Positions 19,381 through 27,804 of a stretch of DNA of 64,000 bases are shown piece by piece. Position 1 is the stretch's first letter. Each line of letters starts with the position of its first letter. The translations under genes were made by a program, and so were the position numbers. Origin of the DNA: Dehalococcoidia bacterium (GTDB taxonomy: Bacteria > Chloroflexota > Dehalococcoidia > Lucifugimonadales > QGNO01); NCBI GenBank assembly GCA_965248955.1, contig OZ252212.1, positions 1,217,266 to 1,281,265 of the forward strand, read 5' to 3'. The notes under the pieces were generated by a model that was not told the origin of the DNA, made no database searches, and was given only the letters and a program-made list of their open reading frames with translations.

Positions 19381-20138
19381 AAATACTGCTCACCAACGAC
19401 GACGGCCTAAATGCCCCCGGTTTGCGAGCCGCGGCAGCTTCACTGCGGGAAGTGTCCAGGGTAGTGGTGGCGGCGCCAGACAGAGAGCAGAGTGGGGTTG
19501 GGGCATCGGTGACGCTGAACGGACCGGTGCGCGCGGCAAAGGTGAGACCTGTAGTCGCCGGCGTCTCCACCTATGCCATAGAAGGCACCCCTTCGGACAG
19601 TGTGATCATTGCTTTGGAGCGCCTTGTCAAAGGCGTGGATCTGGTGGTCGCGGGTATCAACAGCGGCGCAAACCTGGGTGAAGACGTGTTCATATCTGGC
19701 ACTGTGGGCGCTGCTTTGCAGGGGTACGTACGTGGTTTGCCTGCCATTGCCATATCTGTAGCGTCTCTCCATCCCACCAGCTTCCAGACAGCGGCCTTGT
19801 TCTTGCAGCGAATGGTAAGCGAATTCGAGCGGGGGGCGCTGCCGAGCCCGTCTCTGCTCAACGTCAATCTGCCTCCATTGCAGGAGCAGGAGATTGAGGG
19901 CATTGATATCACTTGCCAGGGCCGCCGGGCCTACACTGACCGCATACGGGGTGGAGACGACGGCAAGCGAAAATACTTCTGGATCAGTCGCAGCAAGCTC
20001 GCCTGCTGGGAGCCGGTGGAGGGAACCGATATATGGTCGGTGCGCAACAAGCGCGTTTCGATTACTCCATTGGATACAGACCTGACGTCGAGCAAGGTGC
20101 TGGGCAAACTCCAGGGCTTGCCCTGGAAACTGAGGTAG
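19377..20138 (+). CDS. surE: 5'/3'-nucleotidase SurE
   Basis: MKILLTNDDGLNAPGL, SGVG, GINSGANLGEDVFISGTVGAA. GTGA overlap with panC. Confidence 0.9.
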   Translation: MKILLTNDDGLNAPGLRAAAASLREVSRVVVAAPDREQSGVGASVTLNGPVRAAKVRPVVAGVSTYAIEGTPSDSVIIALERLVKGVDLVVAGINSGANLGEDVFISGTVGAALQGYVRGLPAIAISVASLHPTSFQTAALFLQRMVSEFERGALPSPSLLNVNLPPLQEQEIEGIDITCQGRRAYTDRIRGGDDGKRKYFWISRSKLACWEPVEGTDIWSVRNKRVSITPLDTDLTSSKVLGKLQGLPWKLR

Positions 20139-20241
20139 GCTCCGGCATGGCTTGATGGCTGTGCTTGGCGCTCGAAAATCACCGTTGGCTGGGATGGGCT
20201 GGCTTCCAAATCCCTGGGATTGAGCGTAAGCTGTATTTTGT

Positions 20242-20317
20242 GGGGATATAGCTCAACTGGGAGAGCGCCGCGTTCGCATCGCGGAGGTTGGGGGTTCGAG
20301 TCCCCCTATCTCCACCA
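20242..20317 (+). tRNA. tRNA-Ala (anticodon CGC), CCA encoded
   Basis: Cloverleaf folded by hand: acceptor GGGGATA/TATCTCC with the G3:U70 Ala identity pair, D stem GCTC/GAGC, anticodon stem CCGCG/CGCGG with loop TTCGCAT, T arm GGGGG-TTCGAGT-CCCCC, discriminator A, then CCA. Confidence 0.95.
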
Positions 20318-20360
20318 AACTTGACGCCGATCCCAAGCTGGCTACCCTGGGGATCATGCC

Positions 20361-22855
20361 GTGGCATCTTCTGAAGCCGCTTCTCAGATGAATTGCATGC
20401 CAAATAGGCTTATGAATCCCGTGCCCATGAGCGGGGATGCCATTTCCCGGTTCCGCTGGGTCATAGTCGCTGTCGCCGCCGCTCTTCTGGTCGTTCCGCT
20501 GGCCGCGCCGAGCAATCTCGCCGCCACTTCCAGGGACGGCGAGGTGACGCTGAGCTGGACCGACCCCAACAACGACGCCATCACCAAGTATCAGATCAGC
20601 ACCGACGGCGGATCGAACTTCATCAACATTCTATGCGACAGCTCGATGGCCACCGGGCACACCGTGACGGGCCTCACCAACGGCACAACCTATACGTTCC
20701 AGGTACGGGCCTACGACAACTCCGGCCCCGGCGCGTCAGCCACTGTGACGGCGACGCCGCTGTTTGATGCGCCGACGGAACTTACCGCTTGGCCCGCGAT
20801 GGGTATGTGGCGCTGCGCTGGGTTGAGTCGCAAGACAGCCGTGTCAGCGGCTATGAGGTCAGGGTCAGCAGCGACGGCGGCGGGACCTACAGTCTGGTCG
20901 ACGACCAAGGCCACGAGAACGAGACTTTCGGCTACACTATTCTGAATCTGACCAACGGGACGAACTACACGATTGCGGTACGGGCGCTGAACGGGGCGGC
21001 GGCTATGGTGGATGCGACGCCGCTGCTTGTTAAGCTATCAGCGGCTACGAGGTCAGCAATGACGGCGGCACGAACTACAGCGCGATCAGCGATGGCGGCA
21101 GCGACGCCAGCACCACCGGCCATACCGTCGATAATCTGAGCAACGGCACGACCTACACCTTCGCGGTACGGGCGGTGAATGTGGCGGCGGCTATGGTGGA
21201 TGCGACGCCGCTGGCAGTTCCAGACAAGCCGACGACGTTCGCCGCGGCGCCGGGAGACGGTGAGGTAAGGCTGAGCTGGGACGACCCGGGCAACAGCAGC
21301 ATCAGCGGTTATGAGCTCAGCATCGACGGCGGCGAATTCGCAGCCATCGGCGGCAGCGACGCCAGCACCACCGGCCATACCGTCGATAATCTGAGCAACG
21401 GCACGGCCTACAGCTTTGTGGTGCGGGCGGTGAATGCCTCTGGTGAGGGGGCGTCATCGGACACGGTGAGCGCGACGCCGCTGATTGCGGCGCCGGCGGG
21501 TCTGACGGCGGAGGCTGGCGACGGGCAGGTGACGTTGGGCTGGTCGGACCCGGTCAACAGCAACATCAGCGGTTATGAGCTGAGCATCGACGGCGGGGCG
21601 TTCGCAGCCATCGGAGGGAGCGGCGCCGGCACCACCGGGCACACGGAGACGGGCCTGAGCAACGGCACGTCGTACACTTTTGGGGTGCGGGCGGTGAACG
21701 GAGCGGCGGCCACGGTGACGGCGACGCCGAAAACTTCACCTCCACCGGTACCGGGAAGGCCAGGCAACCTCACCGCCACGCCAGATGACAGGGCGGTTGC
21801 CCTCAGTTGGACAGCGGCGGCCAGCAATGGCAGGCCAATCATCAAGTACCAATACCGCCGTTCTGACGCGGGATGGGAGGACGTGCCGGGCGGGCCAACC
21901 GCGACCGAAGTGACGGTCTCGGGCCTGACTAACGGGGTCGAGTACGTTTTCTACGTACGCGCCGTAAGCAGTGCAGGCGCCGGTGCGCAGGCCTCGGTTA
22001 GTGTGACACCGGCGGCGGCGCCCGATGCCCCAGGAAACTTCACCGCCACGCCAGATGATGGGGCGGTTGCTCTGAGTTGGACTCCGGCGGAGGACAACGG
22101 CTCGCCCATCATTAAGTACCAGCACCAACGGGATGATGCCCCCTGGGCAGACATCGCCGGAGGAGCAACGGCGAACTCCCTTAGGGTCACTGGTCTGGTC
22201 AACGACACCCCATACACCTTCTCGGTGCGGGCGGTGAACGGTATGGGTGAAGGGGCGGTGGCGTCGGTCACCGCAGCCCCGCAGGCTGTTCTTGCTGATT
22301 CAGAACCTGGGGAGACACCCGTTCCAACACCGGAACCGGAAGAGGAAACTACAGACGAACCGACGCCAACGCCTACGGCTACACCCGAGCCGACGCCAAC
22401 GCCTATGGCTACACCCGAGCCAACTCAACAGCCTGGCGTGACTACACCGACGCCAACAGCGGTGGCGACGGAGGAGCCAACAGCCGAGCCAGCATCAATG
22501 GCTACGGCTACACCAAGAGCACCAGTGTTGGCGGCGACGGTGACCCCTCTCCCGACAATAGGACAGGTAGTGGTGACTCCTACAGCGGCACCCGTGGTAG
22601 GTCCAACGCCTCTGCCTACAGCAACCCCAACGCCGGGCCTAACGGCAACAGTGGTCCCAAGAGGAACCCTCGAGCCGACGGCGCGACCAACGGCTACGCC
22701 CACCGGGAACACCGGTAGAGGAAACGCCAAGCCGGATAACGGACTCTCCTCTGGTTCCTGTGGGCATCGCGCTGTTTGCGCTCCTGATTGCTGCCCTCGC
22801 TGCTTTCATTCTCGGACCATGGCGCGGGCGCAAGCGGGACCGGGACGGAGAATGA
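20361..22855 (+). pseudogene. Fragmented gene for a multi-FN3-domain surface protein with PT-rich stalk and C-terminal TM anchor
   Basis: Signal/TM N-terminus, then at least 7 FN3-like units (P..L.A..GDG.V.LSW..P....I.GYE...DGG...I....T.H.V..L.NGT.Y.F.VRA.N). The reading frame changes three times. (1) A 1-nt loss at about 20789 (..PTELTA|LARDGYVALRW). (2) A junction at about 21026-21036, where a unit lacks its first ~25-30 codons and a TAA appears (..ATPLLVK*AISGYEV). (3) At about 22700, the frame-2 continuation encodes a textbook anchor PLVPVGIALFALLIAALAAFILGPWRGRKRDRDGE ending at TGA 22853-22855, whereas the frame-1 ORF runs on into nonsense. Confidence 0.75.
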
Positions 22856-22963
22856 GGGTAGTGGTGCTTGCAATCGGCCAGCGGATCGTCCTAGACCCGA
22901 CGGCAAGTAAGGACATCGCACCTATCAGAGCTAGCCTTGGTCGTTAGTCGTTGGAAAGTCGGG

Positions 22964-23249
22964 ATCGATACTCTCAGGACAACGCTCCAGCGCGTCCTTG
23001 CAGCGGTGCTGGACACCGTCGAAATCAGATACCGCAAGTCCGATTACCGCTGGGTCCGACAAGGGAATGGACGTGGATGTAAAGGTAAATCGGGAGTGGC
23101 TCGGCGTGGCTGGATGCGGAATGCTCAAGCCGGAGATGCTTGGCGAAGCGAGCCACGATCCAAGCCAAGTTGGCGGCTTTGCCTTCGGCCTTGGTCTTGA
23201 AAGGCTGGCCCAAGTCAGGTTGGGTATCAGAACCATTCAGGAACTATGG
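22964..23249 (+). pseudogene. pheS: Remnant of the C-terminal ~95 codons of phenylalanyl-tRNA synthetase alpha subunit
   Basis: Frame 2 gives ..IDTLRTTLQRVLAAVLDTVEIRYRKS. After a frameshift near 23037, frame 3 gives SPITAGSDKGMDVDVKVNREWLGVAGCGMLKPEMLGEASHDPSQVGGFAFGLGLERLAQVRLGIRTIQELW. This aligns by eye with the PheS end ..RFRPSYFPFTEPSAEVDV....WLEVLGCGMVHPNVL...IDPEVYSGFAFGMGMERL.MLRYG (class II motif 3). There is no N-terminal part and no start codon. Confidence 0.65.
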
Positions 23250-23372
23250 CGACCACTTATGTGCAACCCGCCTAGAGGATCAGAGGATAGCTGTCTACTC
23301 AACACGACAAAGGGCGAGTCCTAGGGATGCCTAGCAGGTTGAGAGGGCTGCAAGCAGAGGGAATGGTGAGTA

Positions 23373-24200
23373 ATGACCGAACGGAGAGCACCACCGGACG
23401 GTATCGAGATTCTCCCGCACTACGAGAGATTCGACGAGGCAGACCGGCTTGCGAGGGGCAGTGGGCTATTGGAGTATGCCCGCATGCGCGAGCTTATCCA
23501 ACGGTTCCTCTCGCCACCGCCCGGAGTGGTACTTGACGTCGGAGGCGGCCCGGGCAGATATTCGTGCTGGCTGGCCGAGAGTGGCTATGAGGTCCACCTC
23601 ATCGACCCTGTAGAGAAGCATGTGAAGCAGGCACGTGAGGCTTCCGAATCACAATCCCATCACCCTCTAGCAAGTGTGACCCGGGGTGATGCGCGCTCAA
23701 TCAATCACGGCGACGGCAGTGCCGATGCCGTGCTCCTGATGGGGCCTCTGTACCACCTGACCGCCAGAGACCAGCGGCTGAAAGCACTAGGTGAGGCACA
23801 CAGAGTGCTGAAGCCCGGCGGACTGCTGGTTGCCAAGGCGATCAACCGGTTCGCTTCACTGTTGGACGGTCTCACCCTGGGCTTCATAGATGACCCAGAC
23901 TACGTTTCCATACTGAGTCGCGCTCTTGAGGACGGAAAGCACCATGGCTATGCCCCCGATTACTTCACAACGGCGTTCTTCCACAGGCCGGAAGAGCTTG
24001 AGGCCGAGGTATGTGATGCGGGCTTCGACCAACAGGGCCTATACTCGGTGCAGGGACCGGGACAGCTCGTCACAGACCTTGAAGGGCGCATGTCAAATCC
24101 TACTAAGAGGGCACAACTACTCGACCTGATTCGCTCTATAGAACAGGAGAAGACCCTGTTGGGAGTGTCCAGTCACTTCGTAGTTGTAGCTAAGAAGTGA
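23373..24200 (+). CDS. Class I SAM-dependent methyltransferase
   Basis: Motif I VLDVGGGPGRYSCWLAESG, acidic post-I HLIDPV, motif LLMGPLYHL, LKPGGLLV. Confidence 0.8.
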   Translation: MTERRAPPDGIEILPHYERFDEADRLARGSGLLEYARMRELIQRFLSPPPGVVLDVGGGPGRYSCWLAESGYEVHLIDPVEKHVKQAREASESQSHHPLASVTRGDARSINHGDGSADAVLLMGPLYHLTARDQRLKALGEAHRVLKPGGLLVAKAINRFASLLDGLTLGFIDDPDYVSILSRALEDGKHHGYAPDYFTTAFFHRPEELEAEVCDAGFDQQGLYSVQGPGQLVTDLEGRMSNPTKRAQLLDLIRSIEQEKTLLGVSSHFVVVAKK

Positions 24201-24279
24201 CTGCGAACCGCAATGGTCGGTGAACCCAAGATTGAAGCACCAAACATCGGCACGTGGTTGAAAGGTTAGGGACACAAGT

Positions 24280-25325
24280 GTGGGTCATCTCGTGAACAAG
24301 GGAGCGCAGCGCACCATCAAGCCGCCCAGACTAAGGCTTGGCGATACTGTTGGGATTGTAAGTCCTTCGTGGGGTGGAGCTGGTGCGTACCCCCACCGAG
24401 TTGAGAGAGGTGTGAAGCACCTAGAGTCCCTGGGATTCACGGTGAGGATCGCCCCGCATGCCCTTAACCGGCGTGGATTCGTTTCAGACACGGTTGATAA
24501 CAGAGTCAGTGACCTGCACGAGATGTTCGCCGACCCAAGTGTCCGGGCCATCGTTGCCGCGATTGGTGGCAATCACTCATGCCACCTCTTGCCATGGCTG
24601 GACTTCGACCTGATTCGCGCTCATCCAACCATCCTGATGGGGATTTTCAGATATGATTGTCCTCAACGTGGCTATATGGGCGAAGACTGGGCTGGTGACC
24701 TTCAATGGCCCCGCGTTACTTACCGACTTCGCTGAGTACCCACAGATGCTTGAGTACACCGAGCGGTCATTTATCAACACGCTGAGTCTAACAGAGCCGC
24801 CAGGCAATATTGAGCCTTCACGTTTGGTGGACAGAAGAATTCTTGAGCTGGTCCCAAAAGAGAGACCTCGAGCGTGCTCGTCATCTTGAAACATCAGAAG
24901 GGCCTGTGTGGCTACGGCAAGGCCTTGCCGAGGGTCCCCTTATCGGAGGATGCATAGAATCGTTAGAACACCTTCGGGGAACAAAATTCTGGCCCGACTT
25001 TAGCGACGCGATACTGTTTCTCGAAACATCCGAGGAGAAGCCGAGCCCCAGTGACGTGGACGCTATGCTCATGGATTACCAGAACATGGGCGTACTGGAG
25101 CAGATTAGTGGCCTCTTGTTCGGGCGACCCATGCGCTACGCGGCATCTGAAAAGCAAGAGCTGCATCAAGTGCTTCTAGACAGATCCAGCGCCTACAAGT
25201 TTCCGGTTGTGGCCGAATTGGACTTTGGGCACACATCTCCTCAGTTTGTGCTACCCATTGGATGTCGAGCTAGAGTCGACACGACTAAAGGGAGTATCGA
25301 GATTCTTGAGGGAGGCGTCAGCTGA
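24280..25325 (+). pseudogene. LD-carboxypeptidase / MccF-like S66 peptidase gene with two frameshifts
   Basis: Three consecutive ORFs in three frames together cover one S66 protein. Removing 1 nt in GGGGATTTTCAGATATG (24640-24652) restores ILMGFSDMIVLNVAIW, the GxSD nucleophile motif. A second 1-nt shift at about 24815-24830 joins ..NIEPS to VWWTEEFLSW. The C-terminal part carries the DFGHTSPQ His motif. Confidence 0.8.
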
Positions 25326-25492
25326 CAATCGGCAGCGCGCTGCCGGCTCTCAGTAACCGCTCCCGAATTAGCTTGTAGATACGTGATATGAACCGCATGG
25401 ATGTATACTACCGCCAGACAAGCAGTTCAAGCCCCGCTCCACATAGTTAGCGGCTCCGCCAAGACAGTCAGGCTGGAAAGAGAGCATTCGTC

Positions 25493-26341
25493 ATGTCGTC
25501 GTTGCTTTTCGTCGAGGCTTTCGGGCAGCTTCTCCGGGACGCGAACCTGGAGGGCATTGTGTCAGAGGAGGAGGAAGACCTCTATAGTGTTTTCAGAGCC
25601 CGTGCTGAATTGATGGGTTGGTCCACCACGTCGGCTCGTGGTCGCCCGTTGCTCTGGGGGATGAACGACGCGGAACTGACAGCCGGGATTGACGCAAATC
25701 GGATCGGATGGGTGCAGGTCGGACTGGCGGAAGTTGGTGACGTCGTGCCAACCAGGGTGCCGTCGGCGCCTGGTCAGCCTGTTCAAGGTTATGGCTATTA
25801 TGCTTATGCGCCTTCCGGGGTACGTCGACGCGAAGTCGAGCCGGCTGTTTTGCTGCCGGCGTTGATTCAGTGTTTCGATGACGCACTACGCCGCTTTGGG
25901 GTCGTCGAGTTGTCTGGACTCCAGGTGACGGCAAATTTCCTAGATACTAGGACGCAATCTTACGTTAACCACCTCGTCTCTGGGCTCAATTGGTTTAACA
26001 CTACCCTGAAGGGGAAAGCGGAAGCGCTCATCGCATTCGACCAGGAGTTGCTCGGGGGGCATACCGAGGCAGAGTTGGTCTCTAGCCTCCGGCGGAGGAA
26101 CACCGGATCGTTCGAGTTTGGACCGGTGGCAGCCGTTCCTGAGCAGCACTCGGTTAAAGCGGGGGTCGAGGCGCCGCACCGCTACATCTCCCCTGCGCAC
26201 TCGGGCCTCGGCGTTTCGGTTGTGCTGCCTGAATGGACAGCGAGTGCTGCGGCGTGGGTACTCGCAATCGTCATTGAGACAGCGCGCGCCAGCGCGCCGG
26301 ATGTCAGCAACTTCGCAGTTCGAGTGACAAGGGTTAGGTGA
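25493..26341 (+). CDS. Hypothetical protein (282 aa), no recognisable motif
   Basis: Long ORF with ordinary composition and no competing ORF. No signal peptide, TM segment or catalytic signature that I can name. Confidence 0.45.
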   Translation: MSSLLFVEAFGQLLRDANLEGIVSEEEEDLYSVFRARAELMGWSTTSARGRPLLWGMNDAELTAGIDANRIGWVQVGLAEVGDVVPTRVPSAPGQPVQGYGYYAYAPSGVRRREVEPAVLLPALIQCFDDALRRFGVVELSGLQVTANFLDTRTQSYVNHLVSGLNWFNTTLKGKAEALIAFDQELLGGHTEAELVSSLRRRNTGSFEFGPVAAVPEQHSVKAGVEAPHRYISPAHSGLGVSVVLPEWTASAAAWVLAIVIETARASAPDVSNFAVRVTRVR

Positions 26342-26620
26342 CGGCAAGCGCGGATTGGAGTTGTGTCCCGTTCCACCAGGATCGGGCAAGGACAAGGACT
26401 TGCGCTGGGTCGACATCTATGAAGGCGAGTTCAACGAGGAGCAGATGACGACGTGGGTCCGGCAGGCGGCCGCCCTACCCGGCTGGCGTGGTTTCTGACG
26501 AACCGTGAATGTCGATTCGTCATAGTTCATGTGACTGGGCCAAGGGTTGCTCGACCGGCTCACTACATTGGCGACCGGAAAGGTCGCATATGGTATTCTA
26601 GACTCACCGGTGGTTCACGT

Positions 26621-26696
26621 GCCCCTGTAGCTCAGAGGATAGAGCAACGGTTTCCTAAACCGTGTGTCGGCGGTTCGAGTCCGCCCAGGGGTACCA
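26621..26696 (+). tRNA. tRNA-Arg (anticodon CCU), CCA encoded
   Basis: Acceptor GCCCCTG/CAGGGGT (G1:U72), D arm GCTC-AGAGGATA-GAGC, anticodon stem ACGGT/ACCGT with loop TTCCTAA, T arm GGCGG-TTCGAGT-CCGCC, discriminator A, then CCA. Confidence 0.93.
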
Positions 26697-27075
26697 CACT
26701 CAAAGGGCCGTAACGGTGCTGCCCAGAGAGCGTTACCCCTGTTCCATAGCATAAGGGTTGGTATGCGCTACTTGACTGTGGGTAAGCTGTGTGCTTGAAT
26801 GTGACCCTGTGCCGCCCACGACAGTCAAGAAGGGGTATGGCATAAGGGAAACGCTTCTAGCCAGGTTGATGTCATTGTGACCAGTGGATATATACCTAGA
26901 TTCCGATTGTCCCTTGGTCTTCACCCTTTCTATTACCCTCCGGCTGTGGGGCCGTCGCGCAATTTTCGTCGGTACCCAGGGTTTTCGCCACTGCTGGTAG
27001 ACACCGTCACTCCGTTCTCTTCCAGTGGAAGGGCGGGTTATCCAAGGTCTCCCGTGGGAGTAGGGAGATAGGCAG

Positions 27076-27804
27076 GTGAATTCGTCCAGGATAGCACTTC
27101 TCAGGTTATCAATCTCCGTGATGGTGATGTCGTTCCTTTTCTTGGCAGCTGGGTGTAATGAGGAACCAGAAGAGCCTGAGGTGTCCTTGGATGAGCTACT
27201 AGCGAGTACTGGGGAAGAGCTGGCCGCCATGTCGTCGGTGAAGTTCGAGATGATTGACGAAATGGAATCGGGAGCCAAGTTCTTTGGAGCCACTTTGAAA
27301 AAGGTGGAAGGCGAAGTAAGCAATCCAGACAGCGTTAGGCTACTGGTGGACGTAGTTACGGGTCTTGGATTTGCGAAATTCGAAATAGTAGCAATCGGGG
27401 AAGAGTCATACATCAAATTCTCCCGAGACGCGCCGTGGACGCCCCTGCCCATAGAGCAGGTGCCCTTTAATTTCGTGGGGCTGGGCGTTACCTTGAGCGA
27501 ATTGCTGCCCGTGATGCAGAACGCAACTATTGTGGGCCGGGAGTCTCTGGGGGGCGCTCGGACTGTCCGTGTCGATGGGACCCTAGTTTCCGATGATCTG
27601 TTGAACCTCATCACATCCGTGGACTCCGGCCATCCGATCGCGTTGTCGTTGTGGATTGACGAATCTGAGCATACTTTGCTGCGGCTTAGAATAGACGGCC
27701 AAATTTTCGACGACGATGCGCCAGAGGCCACTCGTCTAATAACCCTCGTGGGCGTCAACGCCCCTGTCGATATCCAACTTCCTAATATAGCCTCCGGGTC
27801 GTGA
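27076..27804 (+). CDS. LppX/LprAFG-family (LprG-like) lipid-binding lipoprotein
   Basis: Lipoprotein signal with lipobox FLAAGC. About 240 aa, with the family-typical layout (..VKFEM....G....G.V..PD.......V....G...FEIVAIGE.SYIK). GTGA overlap with the downstream MFS gene, as in the mycobacterial lprG-Rv1410c operon. Confidence 0.65.
   Translation: MNSSRIALLRLSISVMVMSFLFLAAGCNEEPEEPEVSLDELLASTGEELAAMSSVKFEMIDEMESGAKFFGATLKKVEGEVSNPDSVRLLVDVVTGLGFAKFEIVAIGEESYIKFSRDAPWTPLPIEQVPFNFVGLGVTLSELLPVMQNATIVGRESLGGARTVRVDGTLVSDDLLNLITSVDSGHPIALSLWIDESEHTLLRLRIDGQIFDDDAPEATRLITLVGVNAPVDIQLPNIASGS

Noticed and set aside
25331-25344. 14-nt perfect palindrome GGCAGCGCGCTGCC just after the S66 pseudogene
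   Set aside because: The stem is too short (5 bp once a loop is allowed) and has no U-tract, so it is not convincing as a terminator.
26362-26497. Stop-bounded reading frame ending ..KDKDLRWVDIYEGEFNEEQMTTWVRQAAALPGWRGF*, which looks like the C-terminus of a real protein
   Set aside because: There are only about 45 codons, with no credible start or Shine-Dalgarno, and I cannot place the family from memory. It is mentioned under the island finding as possible debris but not annotated.
26453-26713. 86-aa plus-strand ORF; also the 74-aa minus-strand ORF at 20179-20403
   Set aside because: Both are read straight through tRNA genes (tRNA-Arg and tRNA-Ala respectively).
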